A stretch of 40,000 nucleotides of DNA, from assembly GCF_041734645.1 (NCBI RefSeq), contig NZ_CP162010.1, positions 730,445-770,444 on the forward strand, read 5' to 3'. This stretch comes from Aggregatibacter sp. HMT-949 (lineage in GTDB: Bacteria > Pseudomonadota > Gammaproteobacteria > Enterobacterales > Pasteurellaceae). Each line of letters begins with the position of its first letter. Position 1 is the first letter of the stretch. The position numbers and the translations under genes are program-made. The notes under the pieces were generated by a model, which was given only the letters and a program-made list of their open reading frames with translations, did not search any database and was not told the origin of the DNA. This document shows positions 19,121 through 28,485 of this stretch, in pieces.

Positions 19121-20659
19121 ATGTATGAACAATGGATAAATGCGTTATTAATCGCACCTTTAGTAATATCAATTGCCTGTTTTGCCAGCGGATTGGTAAA
19201 AACACGGTCATTTTGCACCGCACTTCATATTACCGGATTGATATTAACCTTTATGTTTTCTCTTATGGTAATTTCCGGGGTGTTGGCGCAAAGGGAAATT
19301 ACAACGTGGGGAAATTGGATTCATGTAGATAGCCTGTCTACCATTTTCTTAGCTTTAATTAGCATCGTAGGTGGTTTGGCAGGAGTATATTCTGTTGCCT
19401 ATATCAACCGTGAATTTAACGAAGGGCATATTGATATTAGCGGTTATTGTCGTTACTACGGTTTCTTGCACCTGTTCTTTTTCACCATGATTTTATCGGT
19501 GACTACCAATAACCTGATTTTAATGTGGGCAGGAATTGAAGCCACGACCTTGAGCTCTGCTTTCTTAGTCGGAACCTATAAACAAAAAACGTCTCTGGAA
19601 GCCGCATGGAAATACATCATTATTTGCTCTGTTGGGGTAGCATTCGGTTTATTTGGTACGATTCTGACTTTCTCGAATGGAACAAACCTCTTGGCAGATC
19701 CAGGTCAAGCTATTTTCTGGACAGCCGTTAATCAACAGGCGTCAGGCCTCAATCACGGGTTGATGTATCTTGCCTTTGCCTTCATTTTGGTTGGCTTCGG
19801 TACCAAGTGCGGTCTATTTCCAATGCATACGTGGTTGCCGGATGCTCACAGTGAAGCGCCAAGCCCGGTGAGTGCGGTGCTTTCTGCGGTACTGCTAAAC
19901 TGCGCGATGTTAGTGGTTTTGCGCTACTACATTTTGGTTTCCCAAGCCGTGGGCGATGGATATCCACAAACGCTGTTATTGGTATTCGGTTTGCTTTCCA
20001 CCGGTATCGCCTCGTTTTTTATCGTTATGCAGCGTGACATTAAACGATTATTTGCATATTCCAGTATTGAGAACCTAGGCTTAATTAGTTTTGCCTTTGG
20101 CTTGGGTGGCCCGATTGGCGCCTTTGCGGGATTGTTGCACACCATCACTCACAGTTTAGCGAAAGCCTTATTGTTCTGTGCTTCCGGTAATATCTTATTG
20201 AAATATCGAAGCCGTGATATTCAGCAAGTGAGTGGTTTATGGCGCACCATGCCATTTACTGCCGTATTGTTTGCCGGTGGTGCGTTAGCCCTAGGGGGCA
20301 TGCCACCGTTCGGGATGTTTACCAGTGAATTTACTATCGCTGTCGCAGGGATTTATGCAGGTAAAACATGGCTCATCGTTTTATGCTTGATCTTCCTGAC
20401 CATTGCCCTAGCCGGGTTAACTACCATGCTGTTAAAAACCGTATTAGGTCAGCCGAAAGAGGGCATTGAAGTCGGCGAATTAAATAAATCCTCTATTGTG
20501 GTATTGGCAATTTACTTGTTGTTACTGCTCGGTATGGGGATTTATATCACCGAACCGATTTTACACCTACTTACCAATGCTGTTGGTATTGTGTTGGGAC
20601 AACCTGACATCTCTTTTGGGGATATGCTGGTTTTACCTTGGCAAAGTTTAGCGAAATGA
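19121..20659 (+). CDS. hyfF: hydrogenase-4 membrane subunit F (NuoN/M-like)
   Basis: 512-aa polytopic protein with WLPDAHSEAPSPVSAVLSA at the HyfF operon position. Confidence 0.9.
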   Translation: MYEQWINALLIAPLVISIACFASGLVKTRSFCTALHITGLILTFMFSLMVISGVLAQREITTWGNWIHVDSLSTIFLALISIVGGLAGVYSVAYINREFNEGHIDISGYCRYYGFLHLFFFTMILSVTTNNLILMWAGIEATTLSSAFLVGTYKQKTSLEAAWKYIIICSVGVAFGLFGTILTFSNGTNLLADPGQAIFWTAVNQQASGLNHGLMYLAFAFILVGFGTKCGLFPMHTWLPDAHSEAPSPVSAVLSAVLLNCAMLVVLRYYILVSQAVGDGYPQTLLLVFGLLSTGIASFFIVMQRDIKRLFAYSSIENLGLISFAFGLGGPIGAFAGLLHTITHSLAKALLFCASGNILLKYRSRDIQQVSGLWRTMPFTAVLFAGGALALGGMPPFGMFTSEFTIAVAGIYAGKTWLIVLCLIFLTIALAGLTTMLLKTVLGQPKEGIEVGELNKSSIVVLAIYLLLLLGMGIYITEPILHLLTNAVGIVLGQPDISFGDMLVLPWQSLAK

Positions 20660-20678
20660 TCGACATGAGGGGGAAAAA

Positions 20679-22409
20679 ATGGAATTAACGAAAAATACAT
20701 CCGTCGATCCGAGCAAAATGCTTGGCAAAAATTATATTGAAGCAGTGAATGCAAAATTTCCAAATACCATTTTGGATGAGGAGTGGTCAACAGCGAATCA
20801 GGTTACGCTTACCATCAAAACGAACATGTTGCCTGATGTGGTGGAATACCTTTATTACCAACATGATGGCTGGTTACCATTGGTATTTGGCAATGATGAA
20901 CGCTCCATTCACGGTAATTATGCGGTGTACTATGTGCTTTCCATGGAAGGGGAAGTAAAAACCTTTGTCACCATAAAAGCCTTGGTCGATCCCGTTACCT
21001 TAGAATTCCCGTCTGTGACGCCAAGAGTCAAAGCAGCTGTTTGGGGGGAACGTGAATTATTTGATATGTATGGTTTGAAAGCGGTCGGATTACCTGATCA
21101 GCGTCGCTTGGTGTTGCCGGACGATTGGCCGGAGGATCTTTACCCATTGCGTAAAGATTCCATGGATTATCGTTTACGCCCGGATCCAACAACGGCAACG
21201 GAAACTTACGAATTTATTAACGAAAAAGGCGAAGCGCGTATTGTACCGATTGGTCCGTTACATATCACCTCCGATGAACCGGGACACTTCCGTTTATTTG
21301 TGGATGGGGAAGATATTATCGACGCAGACTATCGCTTGTTCTATGTGCATCGCGGCATGGAAAAACTGGCAGAAACCCGCATGGATTACGACCAAGTCAA
21401 CTTCCTTGCCGACCGCGTGTGTGGGATTTGTGGTTTTACCCATAGTGTTGCCTATGCTAATTCGGTGGAAAGTGCCTTGGGCATACAAATTCCACAGCGC
21501 GCCCAATGGATTCGCGCTATTTTGTTAGAAGTGGAACGGTTACACAGTCATTTATTGAATTTAGGTCTTTCCAGCCACTTTACAGGCTTTGATACCGGCT
21601 TTATGCAATTTTTCCGAGTGCGGGAAAAATCCATGACCTTGGCTGAAGTGCTTACCGGTGCTCGTAAAACATACGGTATTAACCTCATTGGTGGGGTGCG
21701 CCGCGACATGCTGAAACATCAACGGGAGCAGTGCATCAAGTTGATTGGGGAAATGCGTGAAGAAGTTAAAACTTTGTCGGAGATTTTGTTGAACACGCCG
21801 AATATGGAACAGCGTACTGTTGGCGTGGGGATCTTAGCCAAAGACATTGCGCGTGATTTTAGCCCGGTGGGTCCGATGATTCGTGGTTCCGGTTTTGCTC
21901 GTGATGTGCGTAAAGTGCATCCATTCTCCGGTTATGGCGATGTGCCGTTTAATCTGGTCACTGAAGCTAATGGCGATGTGTTATCCCGCGTGAAAGTACG
22001 GATTAACGAAGTGTTTGAATCCATGAATATCATTGATTACATGGTGGATAACCTGCCAAGTGGCGACATCTTAAAAGAAGGTTTCAATTATACGCCGGGG
22101 CGTTTTGCGCTAGGAATTACCGAAGCACCACGTGGCGAAGATATTCACTGGTCAATGCTGGGCGATAACCAAAAACTATTCCGTTGGCGCTGTCGTGCAG
22201 CGACCTATGCTAACTGGCCAACCTTACGTTATATGTTGCGTGGCAATACCGTCTCTGATGCGCCGCTCATCATTGGTAGTCTTGACCCTTGCTATTCTTG
22301 TACCGACCGCGTCACGGTGGTGGATGTGCGCAAACGCAAAGCGAAAACCGTGGATTACAAAGAAATCGAACGCTACGGTATTGAACGTAAGAATTCACCA
22401 TTGAAATAA
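20679..22409 (+). CDS. hyfG: hydrogenase-4 [NiFe] large subunit (NuoC-NuoD fusion type)
   Basis: 576 aa. The N-terminal Ni ligands are RVCGICGFTHS. The C-terminal DPCYSCTDR is followed by a ~32-aa extension (VTVVDVRKRK...ERKNSPLK), as in E. coli HycE/HyfG, where HycI cleaves it. Confidence 0.95.
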   Translation: MELTKNTSVDPSKMLGKNYIEAVNAKFPNTILDEEWSTANQVTLTIKTNMLPDVVEYLYYQHDGWLPLVFGNDERSIHGNYAVYYVLSMEGEVKTFVTIKALVDPVTLEFPSVTPRVKAAVWGERELFDMYGLKAVGLPDQRRLVLPDDWPEDLYPLRKDSMDYRLRPDPTTATETYEFINEKGEARIVPIGPLHITSDEPGHFRLFVDGEDIIDADYRLFYVHRGMEKLAETRMDYDQVNFLADRVCGICGFTHSVAYANSVESALGIQIPQRAQWIRAILLEVERLHSHLLNLGLSSHFTGFDTGFMQFFRVREKSMTLAEVLTGARKTYGINLIGGVRRDMLKHQREQCIKLIGEMREEVKTLSEILLNTPNMEQRTVGVGILAKDIARDFSPVGPMIRGSGFARDVRKVHPFSGYGDVPFNLVTEANGDVLSRVKVRINEVFESMNIIDYMVDNLPSGDILKEGFNYTPGRFALGITEAPRGEDIHWSMLGDNQKLFRWRCRAATYANWPTLRYMLRGNTVSDAPLIIGSLDPCYSCTDRVTVVDVRKRKAKTVDYKEIERYGIERKNSPLK

Positions 22410-22421
22410 GGGAGGCGGAAG

Positions 22422-23069
22422 ATGTTTAAGTTACTTAAAACGGTATTTAAAGCCGGTGACGTTACCACGAAATATCCGTTCAAACCTTATGAAGTGGATG
22501 ACGATTTTAGAGGAAAACCGGAGCTTAATTCCGATCAATGTATTGTCTGTGCCGCTTGTACCATGGCTTGTCCATCAAATGCATTGACGATGCGCACCGA
22601 TCCTGTCAGTGGTGAACGTACTTGGTCACTTTTCTTGGGGCGTTGTATTTTCTGTGGCCGTTGTGAAGAAGTTTGCCCAACCAAAGCAATTCATTTAACA
22701 CAGGATTTTGAATTGTCGGTCACCAACAAACAGGATCTTTATCAAGAAACGACCTTTGCGACGGTTACCTGTCAGCACTGTGGCAAACCGTTTATTTCTT
22801 ATAAAGAGCTAAATTACACCATTGATTTGTTCAAACAAACGTTGGATGACCCACAATTAGTGAAACAAAAATTGGAAGTATTGCATACTTGCCCGGTGTG
22901 TAAGCGTCAAGACAGTTTAGAGAAAATTGCCAATATGGAATCCAATATGCGGATGAAATTGATCGACTTTAAAGAGCCGGTTCGTTTGAATTTCAAACAA
23001 ATGGTTGAGCAACGGGAAGAAAGTGCGGTGCAAAATTCAAAAGTTTTAGCAGGAGGCGAAAAACGATGA
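22422..23069 (+). CDS. hyfH: hydrogenase-4 4Fe-4S subunit H (HycF-like)
   Basis: Contains [12 protein letters not shown] and [12 protein letters not shown] clusters plus CQHCGKPF...CPVCKRQ, as in HycF. Its C-terminus is about 35 aa longer than the E. coli homologues. Confidence 0.9.
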   Translation: MFKLLKTVFKAGDVTTKYPFKPYEVDDDFRGKPELNSDQCIVCAACTMACPSNALTMRTDPVSGERTWSLFLGRCIFCGRCEEVCPTKAIHLTQDFELSVTNKQDLYQETTFATVTCQHCGKPFISYKELNYTIDLFKQTLDDPQLVKQKLEVLHTCPVCKRQDSLEKIANMESNMRMKLIDFKEPVRLNFKQMVEQREESAVQNSKVLAGGEKR

Positions 23070-23842
23070 ATACACAAATTCCAATGCCGGTAAACGGTAT
23101 TTCAACGCCGTTCAGCGTTGATGAAAATATTGCCAGTATGAAAAAAACGTTGTTGAAGAATATTCAACGTTCGGCCTATGTGTACCGTGTGGACTGTGGC
23201 GGTTGTAATGGTTGTGAAATCGAGATTTTCAGTACTATTACACCGGTTTTTGATGCAGAACGTTTTGGGATCAAAGTAGTGGCATCGCCTCGTCATGCGG
23301 ATATTTTATTATTCACCGGTGCTGTCACCCGTGCCATGCGTACTCCGGCGATGCGTGCTTACCAAGCAGCGCCTGATCCAAAAATCTGTATTTCTTACGG
23401 GGCTTGCGGTTGTAGCGGTGGGATTTTCCACGACCTTTATTGTGTTTGGGGCGGCAGTGATCAAATCGTGCCGGTTGATGTGTACATCCCGGGCTGCCCA
23501 CCAACCCCGGCCGCAACCATTTATGGTTTTGCTATGGCGCTGGGTTTGCTCGATCAAAAACTCAAAGGTAAGCAAGAAACAGCGGATCCGCATGCCGAGG
23601 CTAAATTACGTTTCCCAACGATTCCGTTGGATTTACGTATCAGCTTAGAACGGGAAGCCCGTCGTCTTGCCGGTTATCGCCAGGGCGGCAACATTGTCGA
23701 TCAATTCATGGCGATGATGACGGAAGAAGACAAAGTTCCGTTTGGCGTGCGCTTGGGTGAATACTTGGAACGTGAAGCAGATCCGCGTTTAGCGGAAATT
23801 ATGAACCGCTTACATTCTATTAGTTTGCCGTTTTCCGGTTAG
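23066..23842 (+). CDS. hyfI: hydrogenase-4 small subunit I (HycG/NuoB-like)
   Basis: Contains the NuoB-type cluster ligands [10 protein letters not shown] and GCPPTP. It overlaps hyfH by 4 nt (ATGA). Confidence 0.93.
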   Translation: MNTQIPMPVNGISTPFSVDENIASMKKTLLKNIQRSAYVYRVDCGGCNGCEIEIFSTITPVFDAERFGIKVVASPRHADILLFTGAVTRAMRTPAMRAYQAAPDPKICISYGACGCSGGIFHDLYCVWGGSDQIVPVDVYIPGCPPTPAATIYGFAMALGLLDQKLKGKQETADPHAEAKLRFPTIPLDLRISLEREARRLAGYRQGGNIVDQFMAMMTEEDKVPFGVRLGEYLEREADPRLAEIMNRLHSISLPFSG

Positions 23843-23887
23843 TTATGGTTTCTGTTTTTGTTTATGGAACAGCGCCCCAAGCGTGTT

Positions 23888-23960
23888 CAATGCGGTGCTG
23901 ATTCGTTACTTCGTTGTAATCTTCTAGGTTTGCCATATAACGAGCGTTCAATGCGGTGCT
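23888..23960 (+). repeat. Two direct copies of GTTCAATGCGGTGCT (23888..23899 and 23949..23960, 61 bp apart) inside the hyfI-hyfJ spacer
   Basis: Exact 12-mers with similar flanks: gcgtgttcaatgcggtgctgatt and gagcgttcaatgcggtgctaatt. Confidence 0.9.
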
Positions 23961-24043
23961 AATTTGATGTTCCGTTGCCGCCTTGTTTGAGGATTGAAGG
24001 ATTACGTAATAATGGAAGGCAAGAAACTTTATAAGGCTGTGTT

Positions 24044-24451
24044 ATGACTACAAAAGTGATTTTTTACCTGTTAAATCAACGTTTCGTCGAAAACGATAAA
24101 CAAGTGCCGGAACAGGCGCAGCAAGTTATGTATTATTCCCTGGCGATTGGTCACCATGTGGGCGTGATTGATTGCTTTAAAAAGTTGTTAATTTGCGCCT
24201 ATGAGGACTACCAAAAATTTGTGGAAAGTTTTCCGGAAGGAGAGGCAAGACGTAAATTCGCCGGTCTTATGAAATTTGGTGAAATCGTGATTAATTCCAG
24301 CCATGTGAATTTATTGGCGAAAGCGATGGACGAAAATAAAGCGAATTTTGCGCCGCAATATCAACAGTGGGTGGAAATTTTAATGGATACGCTGGCTTCC
24401 ATTCAACGCGAGCCGGTGATGTATATTATGGTGAAACGTCGTGATGAATAA
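24044..24451 (+). CDS. hyfJ: formate hydrogenlyase maturation protein HycH/HyfJ
   Basis: 135 aa. AQQVMYYSLAIGHHVGVIDC and YIMVKRR are collinear with E. coli HycH. Confidence 0.9.
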   Translation: MTTKVIFYLLNQRFVENDKQVPEQAQQVMYYSLAIGHHVGVIDCFKKLLICAYEDYQKFVESFPEGEARRKFAGLMKFGEIVINSSHVNLLAKAMDENKANFAPQYQQWVEILMDTLASIQREPVMYIMVKRRDE

Positions 24452-24902
24452 TAACCTCATTTTGACTGTCGGCAACAGCATGATGGGTGACGACGGCGCG
24501 GGGCCTTATTTCGCGCAACTTTGTCGCCAAGTGCCGTTGCCGAATTGGACCGCATTGGACGGCGGTACAACGCCGGAAAATTTTGTTCATCAAATTCGAG
24601 CAATGAAACCTGAACGGTTAATGATTTTTGATGCGACGGAAATGGAACTGCCACCCGGCAAAATTCGACGAATAGATAAAGACGCCATCGCGGAAACGAT
24701 TTTCGTCAGCACTCATACTTTGCCTTTAAATTTTTTGATTGAACAACTGGAAGACGAGATTAACGAAGTGCTGTTTATCGGCATTCAGCCTGACCTCGTT
24801 GCTTTTGGCTTTCCAATGACACACGCGGTGAAAAGTGCCGTCGAGTTTTTCTATGATTTTTTGAAGAATAACGGTGACTTATCAGAAATTTCCCTATTTT
24901 GA
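24441..24902 (+). CDS. hycI: hydrogenase maturation endopeptidase HycI
   Basis: 153 aa with VGNSMMGDDGAGP, DGGTTPEN and FIGIQPD, all collinear with E. coli HycI. It overlaps hyfJ by 11 nt. Confidence 0.92.
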   Translation: MMNNNLILTVGNSMMGDDGAGPYFAQLCRQVPLPNWTALDGGTTPENFVHQIRAMKPERLMIFDATEMELPPGKIRRIDKDAIAETIFVSTHTLPLNFLIEQLEDEINEVLFIGIQPDLVAFGFPMTHAVKSAVEFFYDFLKNNGDLSEISLF

Positions 24903-24911
24903 GCAAAATGA

Positions 24912-24933
24912 AAAGCCTCTAAGAAGAGGCTTT
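24912..24933. terminator. Bidirectional hairpin between convergent hycI and the ElyC-like gene
   Basis: aaagcctct / agaggcttt form a perfect 9-bp stem with a 4-nt loop and A/T-rich flanks. Confidence 0.7.
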
Positions 24934-24937
24934 AAAT

Positions 24938-25681
24938 TTATTTTTCTTTCCAATATCCAATCCATTCTTTCAGCAATTGCATATTTTTTGCCAGTGCGCC
25001 GCCTTGAGGAATAAAATGCATCATATTTAACCCGTATTCTTGCGGTGTAATACCTTCCCCGACACTCGCCGGCATTACCACAAAACCTTGTTGTTCAAAT
25101 AAGAGTTTTGCGCGCTGCATATGCCACTCGTTCGTCACCAAAATAATTTTATGAATTCCTTCTTTTTCCAATATTTGCTTAGTGAATAAGGCGTTTTCTT
25201 TTGTTGTGAGTGCTTTCGGCTCAATCCATTTGGTCGGAACATTGAAAAAGTTTTGTAATTCCTCCGCCGCGACTTTAGCTTCAATTGCACCGGTCGGGCT
25301 GGCGCCGGTAATTAACAGCGGAAGTTTGGTTTCTTTTTGCAAATAAGCAGCGTAACGCAACCGTTCCAACTGAACCGCATTGGAGGCAAGAGGGGCATAA
25401 AGTTCTTGGCTGTCGCGTAAACCACCGCCGAGCAAAACGATCGCTTGCGCTTGTTTATAGTCATCAAGATTAAGATGCGCTTCAATTGTCAGGCTATCCT
25501 TTAGCGTTTGTGCGGTAAAAGGAATGCTTAATATATAGAGTAGGGCTATCCCTAATGCAGTTGAAATTCGGCTTAATTTTTTAAAGTTTAATTTTGCCAG
25601 AATCAGCGCCGCAATCCATAAAATCAAAATATTAAACGGTGGTAGGAGCATTGCGGTGATTAGTTTTTTGAGTTCAAACAT
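24938..25681 (-). CDS. DUF218 / YdcF-ElyC family envelope biogenesis protein
   Basis: 247 aa with N-terminal TM segments. LLGGG, ITGASP and VTNEWHMQRA are typical of the DUF218 (SanA/YdcF/ElyC) fold. Confidence 0.75.
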   Translation of the reverse strand: MFELKKLITAMLLPPFNILILWIAALILAKLNFKKLSRISTALGIALLYILSIPFTAQTLKDSLTIEAHLNLDDYKQAQAIVLLGGGLRDSQELYAPLASNAVQLERLRYAAYLQKETKLPLLITGASPTGAIEAKVAAEELQNFFNVPTKWIEPKALTTKENALFTKQILEKEGIHKIILVTNEWHMQRAKLLFEQQGFVVMPASVGEGITPQEYGLNMMHFIPQGGALAKNMQLLKEWIGYWKEK

Positions 25682-26637
25682 GATTTATCCAATTCAACAA
25701 AGTTTACATTTTTCGTCCATAGTTCGGCATAACTTAAATTTTTGCCGTAAGCGTTATCGCAAACGCAGTTTGGAATGTCCAGTAAGCAGGAAAAAATATG
25801 TCCGTGCAAACGGGTTGTGGTGATGTACTCGTTTTGCAAAAACACATTTGCCGCACGATTGATAATGCGTTTGGTGTAGGCAAACCAGAACTGATGGCAA
25901 AGATCTTTTAACCAACCCCGGTTTTGTTTATTGGCGAATTTGTTCAAACGCCAACTTAGCGCCAACACGATATTGTCTATATCAGAAAGAATATCGTCCC
26001 AGTCTTTAATATCGGCATTTTCCGGTAAGGAGGCCAAAATATTTTTTTCTATTTCGCTAGCCTCGATATCCTTGCGCAAAAAATAAAGCCGTTTGCCCGA
26101 GTTGTTCGACTTTATCGGTAAGGCTCCGTAAAGTTCGTGCGCCATATCGGGAAATAAATGTACCTTCGGTGAAAATTGTTTGAATGCTTTCGCGGTGCGA
26201 GTATCGCGGGCTAATAAATGGCAGTCGGCATGTTTTCGGAAAAGCGCCGCGGATTTTTCAAGATTTTTTTCATCTTTAAAATATAGCGTTTGCGGCAAAA
26301 CGATAATTCGATTATCCAGAAAATGTTTTACCATTTCTTCACGAAGTTTTTGGTGTTGCAAATAAAGATCACCGAAGTTACCGCCACCGTGTAATAAAAT
26401 CGTGGTATTCGGTGTGATTTTTCGTTTTATTTCATTAATATTCATATCGTATTCGCTGCGCCTTAATCTCACTTTAATGCGGTGCTGTTTAAAGAACTGC
26501 TCCGTTCCATGATAAATCAATAAATCGCCAACGTTTAAATGCAACGGATAATCAAAGTAAAACACATCGTTTTTATCTTTGATTAAATCTGCAATCGGAG
26601 CAAGTTTTTGTTTTAAAGAAACGAGTGTTGAATTCAT
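25660..26637 (-). CDS. polysaccharide pyruvyl transferase family protein
   Basis: 325 aa with NVGDLLI, LLHGGGNFGDLY and TTRLHGHIF, which resemble the PS_pyruv_trans (WcaK/CsaB-like) signature. It overlaps both neighbours, giving an operon with wzx. Confidence 0.7.
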   Translation of the reverse strand: MNSTLVSLKQKLAPIADLIKDKNDVFYFDYPLHLNVGDLLIYHGTEQFFKQHRIKVRLRRSEYDMNINEIKRKITPNTTILLHGGGNFGDLYLQHQKLREEMVKHFLDNRIIVLPQTLYFKDEKNLEKSAALFRKHADCHLLARDTRTAKAFKQFSPKVHLFPDMAHELYGALPIKSNNSGKRLYFLRKDIEASEIEKNILASLPENADIKDWDDILSDIDNIVLALSWRLNKFANKQNRGWLKDLCHQFWFAYTKRIINRAANVFLQNEYITTTRLHGHIFSCLLDIPNCVCDNAYGKNLSYAELWTKNVNFVELDKSCLNSKN

Positions 26638-28157
26638 TTTTTTACCTTTTTCAAAATATAGCCGAATAAGAAATTTTTTTCCGCGCGATTTAAGCCGAAG
26701 ATTATAATTACGGCGATTAATAGCGCTTCTAATAAAATTGCTTCCGCCACAAATTCAAAGAATGAATAAGAATGTTGGGTATCCGATAAATAAATGAGCC
26801 CGAGTAACAAGACGAAAATTATCCCGATATTGAATAAATAGGTAACAAATTCCACTCGACTAAATTTAATTTTTTTATTAATAAAATAGAAACGATAGAT
26901 TTGCATTGAAAGCGCAGTGAAAAATTTGCCGATAAAGGCGTAAACCGGACTATAACCTAGGCTAAATAAATAGTAGGCGAGCGGCACTGTGCAAAGATCA
27001 ATTATTGCTAAAATAATATTGTATTGTTTGATACCGCTTGAACCAATGGCCAATGCGGTCATCCAGAAAGAGCCGGCCATAGCGCTGATCAGTGAACATA
27101 GCAAAGTGGCTTGTACTAATTGATCGGCATAGCGCGGAACATGCTCGCCAAGCCAAAAGGTAAGCAAGGTATGGCTAAAATAAAATACCGGAGCGGCTAA
27201 AATCGCGATTAAATAAAAGGAATATTTTGATGTACTGAGAATCAGTTTTTTATTGCGTTCATAATCTTGTGCCGCATAAGACTGCACCAATTGCGGGTTA
27301 AATGCGACTTGGAAATTATTTACGAAACTATACACGGCGGTATCCACTTGTGTAGCAATACCCACTGCCGCATTCACGGTGACGCCAAAAAACAGATTGG
27401 TCACCATATTCAAGCCTTGCGTGGAACCTACATAACCCGCCTGTCCGAGTAACATCCAACCTGAAAAGCTTGCCATTTCTTTGGTTTTGTTTAGATCTTT
27501 TTGGAAATTAAAGCGGGTTTCCGCGTAAAAAGTACGGCGTGTAAAACTAAAATATAGCGAGAAAACTGATACGCTGACACAAAGTAATAACCAACTGTAC
27601 GAAATCAATTTATCGTATTGTTCGATTTGCATCAAAATCAAGACGGCGGAAAGTTTGAATGCGGTTTCCGCCAAACCAAGCCAGGCGTAAAAAGACATGC
27701 GCTCATGAGCTACAATCATCGCGTTAAAAGGTACTTTAAGGATATCAATCAGTCCAATCACTAACGCTGCTTGGTACATCATATTGGCAGCATGGAGGCG
27801 TTCTGCCGGAATAATTAATTGATGATTTAAAAACCAAAGCCCTACGGTTTCAGCTAACACCGCCACGACAAACATAATAAATAGGTGGTTGAGGATGCTG
27901 ATATTAAACACCTTATTTACGCGAGCGGTATCGTTTGAGGCTTTTTCCACGTTAATAAAACGCTGGGTGGTCGCTGTCATGGTGCCGTTAAAGAAAGAAA
28001 ACAAAATCACCACACCCATCACAATGTTATAAATTCCGAAATCCTCCACCCCCAATACGCGTAATACGACACGCGAAATATAGAGCATCGCCCCCATGTT
28101 AAAGAACATACGGATGTAAAGAAACAGTGTGTTTTTAGCAATGGTTTTGTTGGACAT
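26634..28157 (-). CDS. wzx: Wzx-type oligosaccharide flippase (MOP superfamily polysaccharide biosynthesis protein)
   Basis: 507-aa, ~12-14 TM protein. The N-terminus KNTLFLYIRMFFNMGAMLYISRVVLRVLGVEDFGIYN is typical of RfbX/Wzx. The gene is AT-rich. Confidence 0.75.
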   Translation of the reverse strand: MSNKTIAKNTLFLYIRMFFNMGAMLYISRVVLRVLGVEDFGIYNIVMGVVILFSFFNGTMTATTQRFINVEKASNDTARVNKVFNISILNHLFIMFVVAVLAETVGLWFLNHQLIIPAERLHAANMMYQAALVIGLIDILKVPFNAMIVAHERMSFYAWLGLAETAFKLSAVLILMQIEQYDKLISYSWLLLCVSVSVFSLYFSFTRRTFYAETRFNFQKDLNKTKEMASFSGWMLLGQAGYVGSTQGLNMVTNLFFGVTVNAAVGIATQVDTAVYSFVNNFQVAFNPQLVQSYAAQDYERNKKLILSTSKYSFYLIAILAAPVFYFSHTLLTFWLGEHVPRYADQLVQATLLCSLISAMAGSFWMTALAIGSSGIKQYNIILAIIDLCTVPLAYYLFSLGYSPVYAFIGKFFTALSMQIYRFYFINKKIKFSRVEFVTYLFNIGIIFVLLLGLIYLSDTQHSYSFFEFVAEAILLEALLIAVIIIFGLNRAEKNFLFGYILKKVKK

Positions 28158-28190
28158 TACGGATGACTTTTACCTGAAAATTGGTGGAGG

Positions 28191-28219
28191 ATTATAGTTT
28201 TGTTCGTAATTGCGAACAA
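28191..28219 (-). promoter_or_regulatory. Candidate sigma-70 promoter of the wzx operon, overlapped by a 20-bp palindrome
   Basis: On the minus strand, TTGTTC (28219..28214) is followed by a 17-nt spacer and TATAAT (28196..28191), 33 nt before the wzx ATG. The palindrome ttgttcg-taattg-cgaacaa (28200..28219) covers the -35 and the spacer. Confidence 0.4.
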
Positions 28220-28485
28220 GTGGTCATAGACATTTTGACAGGGTTCTTAGCGATAAATTGAAGTTGTTCACGCTAGTGCTATTTTTATTGACGCAATCTA
28301 AAAGAAACGATAAGACAACGTGCCCATATTATTGATGATGAGAAGCCCATTTATAAATTAAAAATTGCTCACACTTGATGTAAATCATGATGGCAAGCTC
28401 GATTTTGCTAATGTGCAACGCATCTCGCTTCAATAATGGAAAGGATGGTTGTTCTTATCAAAACAGGATTCTGTACTGCCCAACG

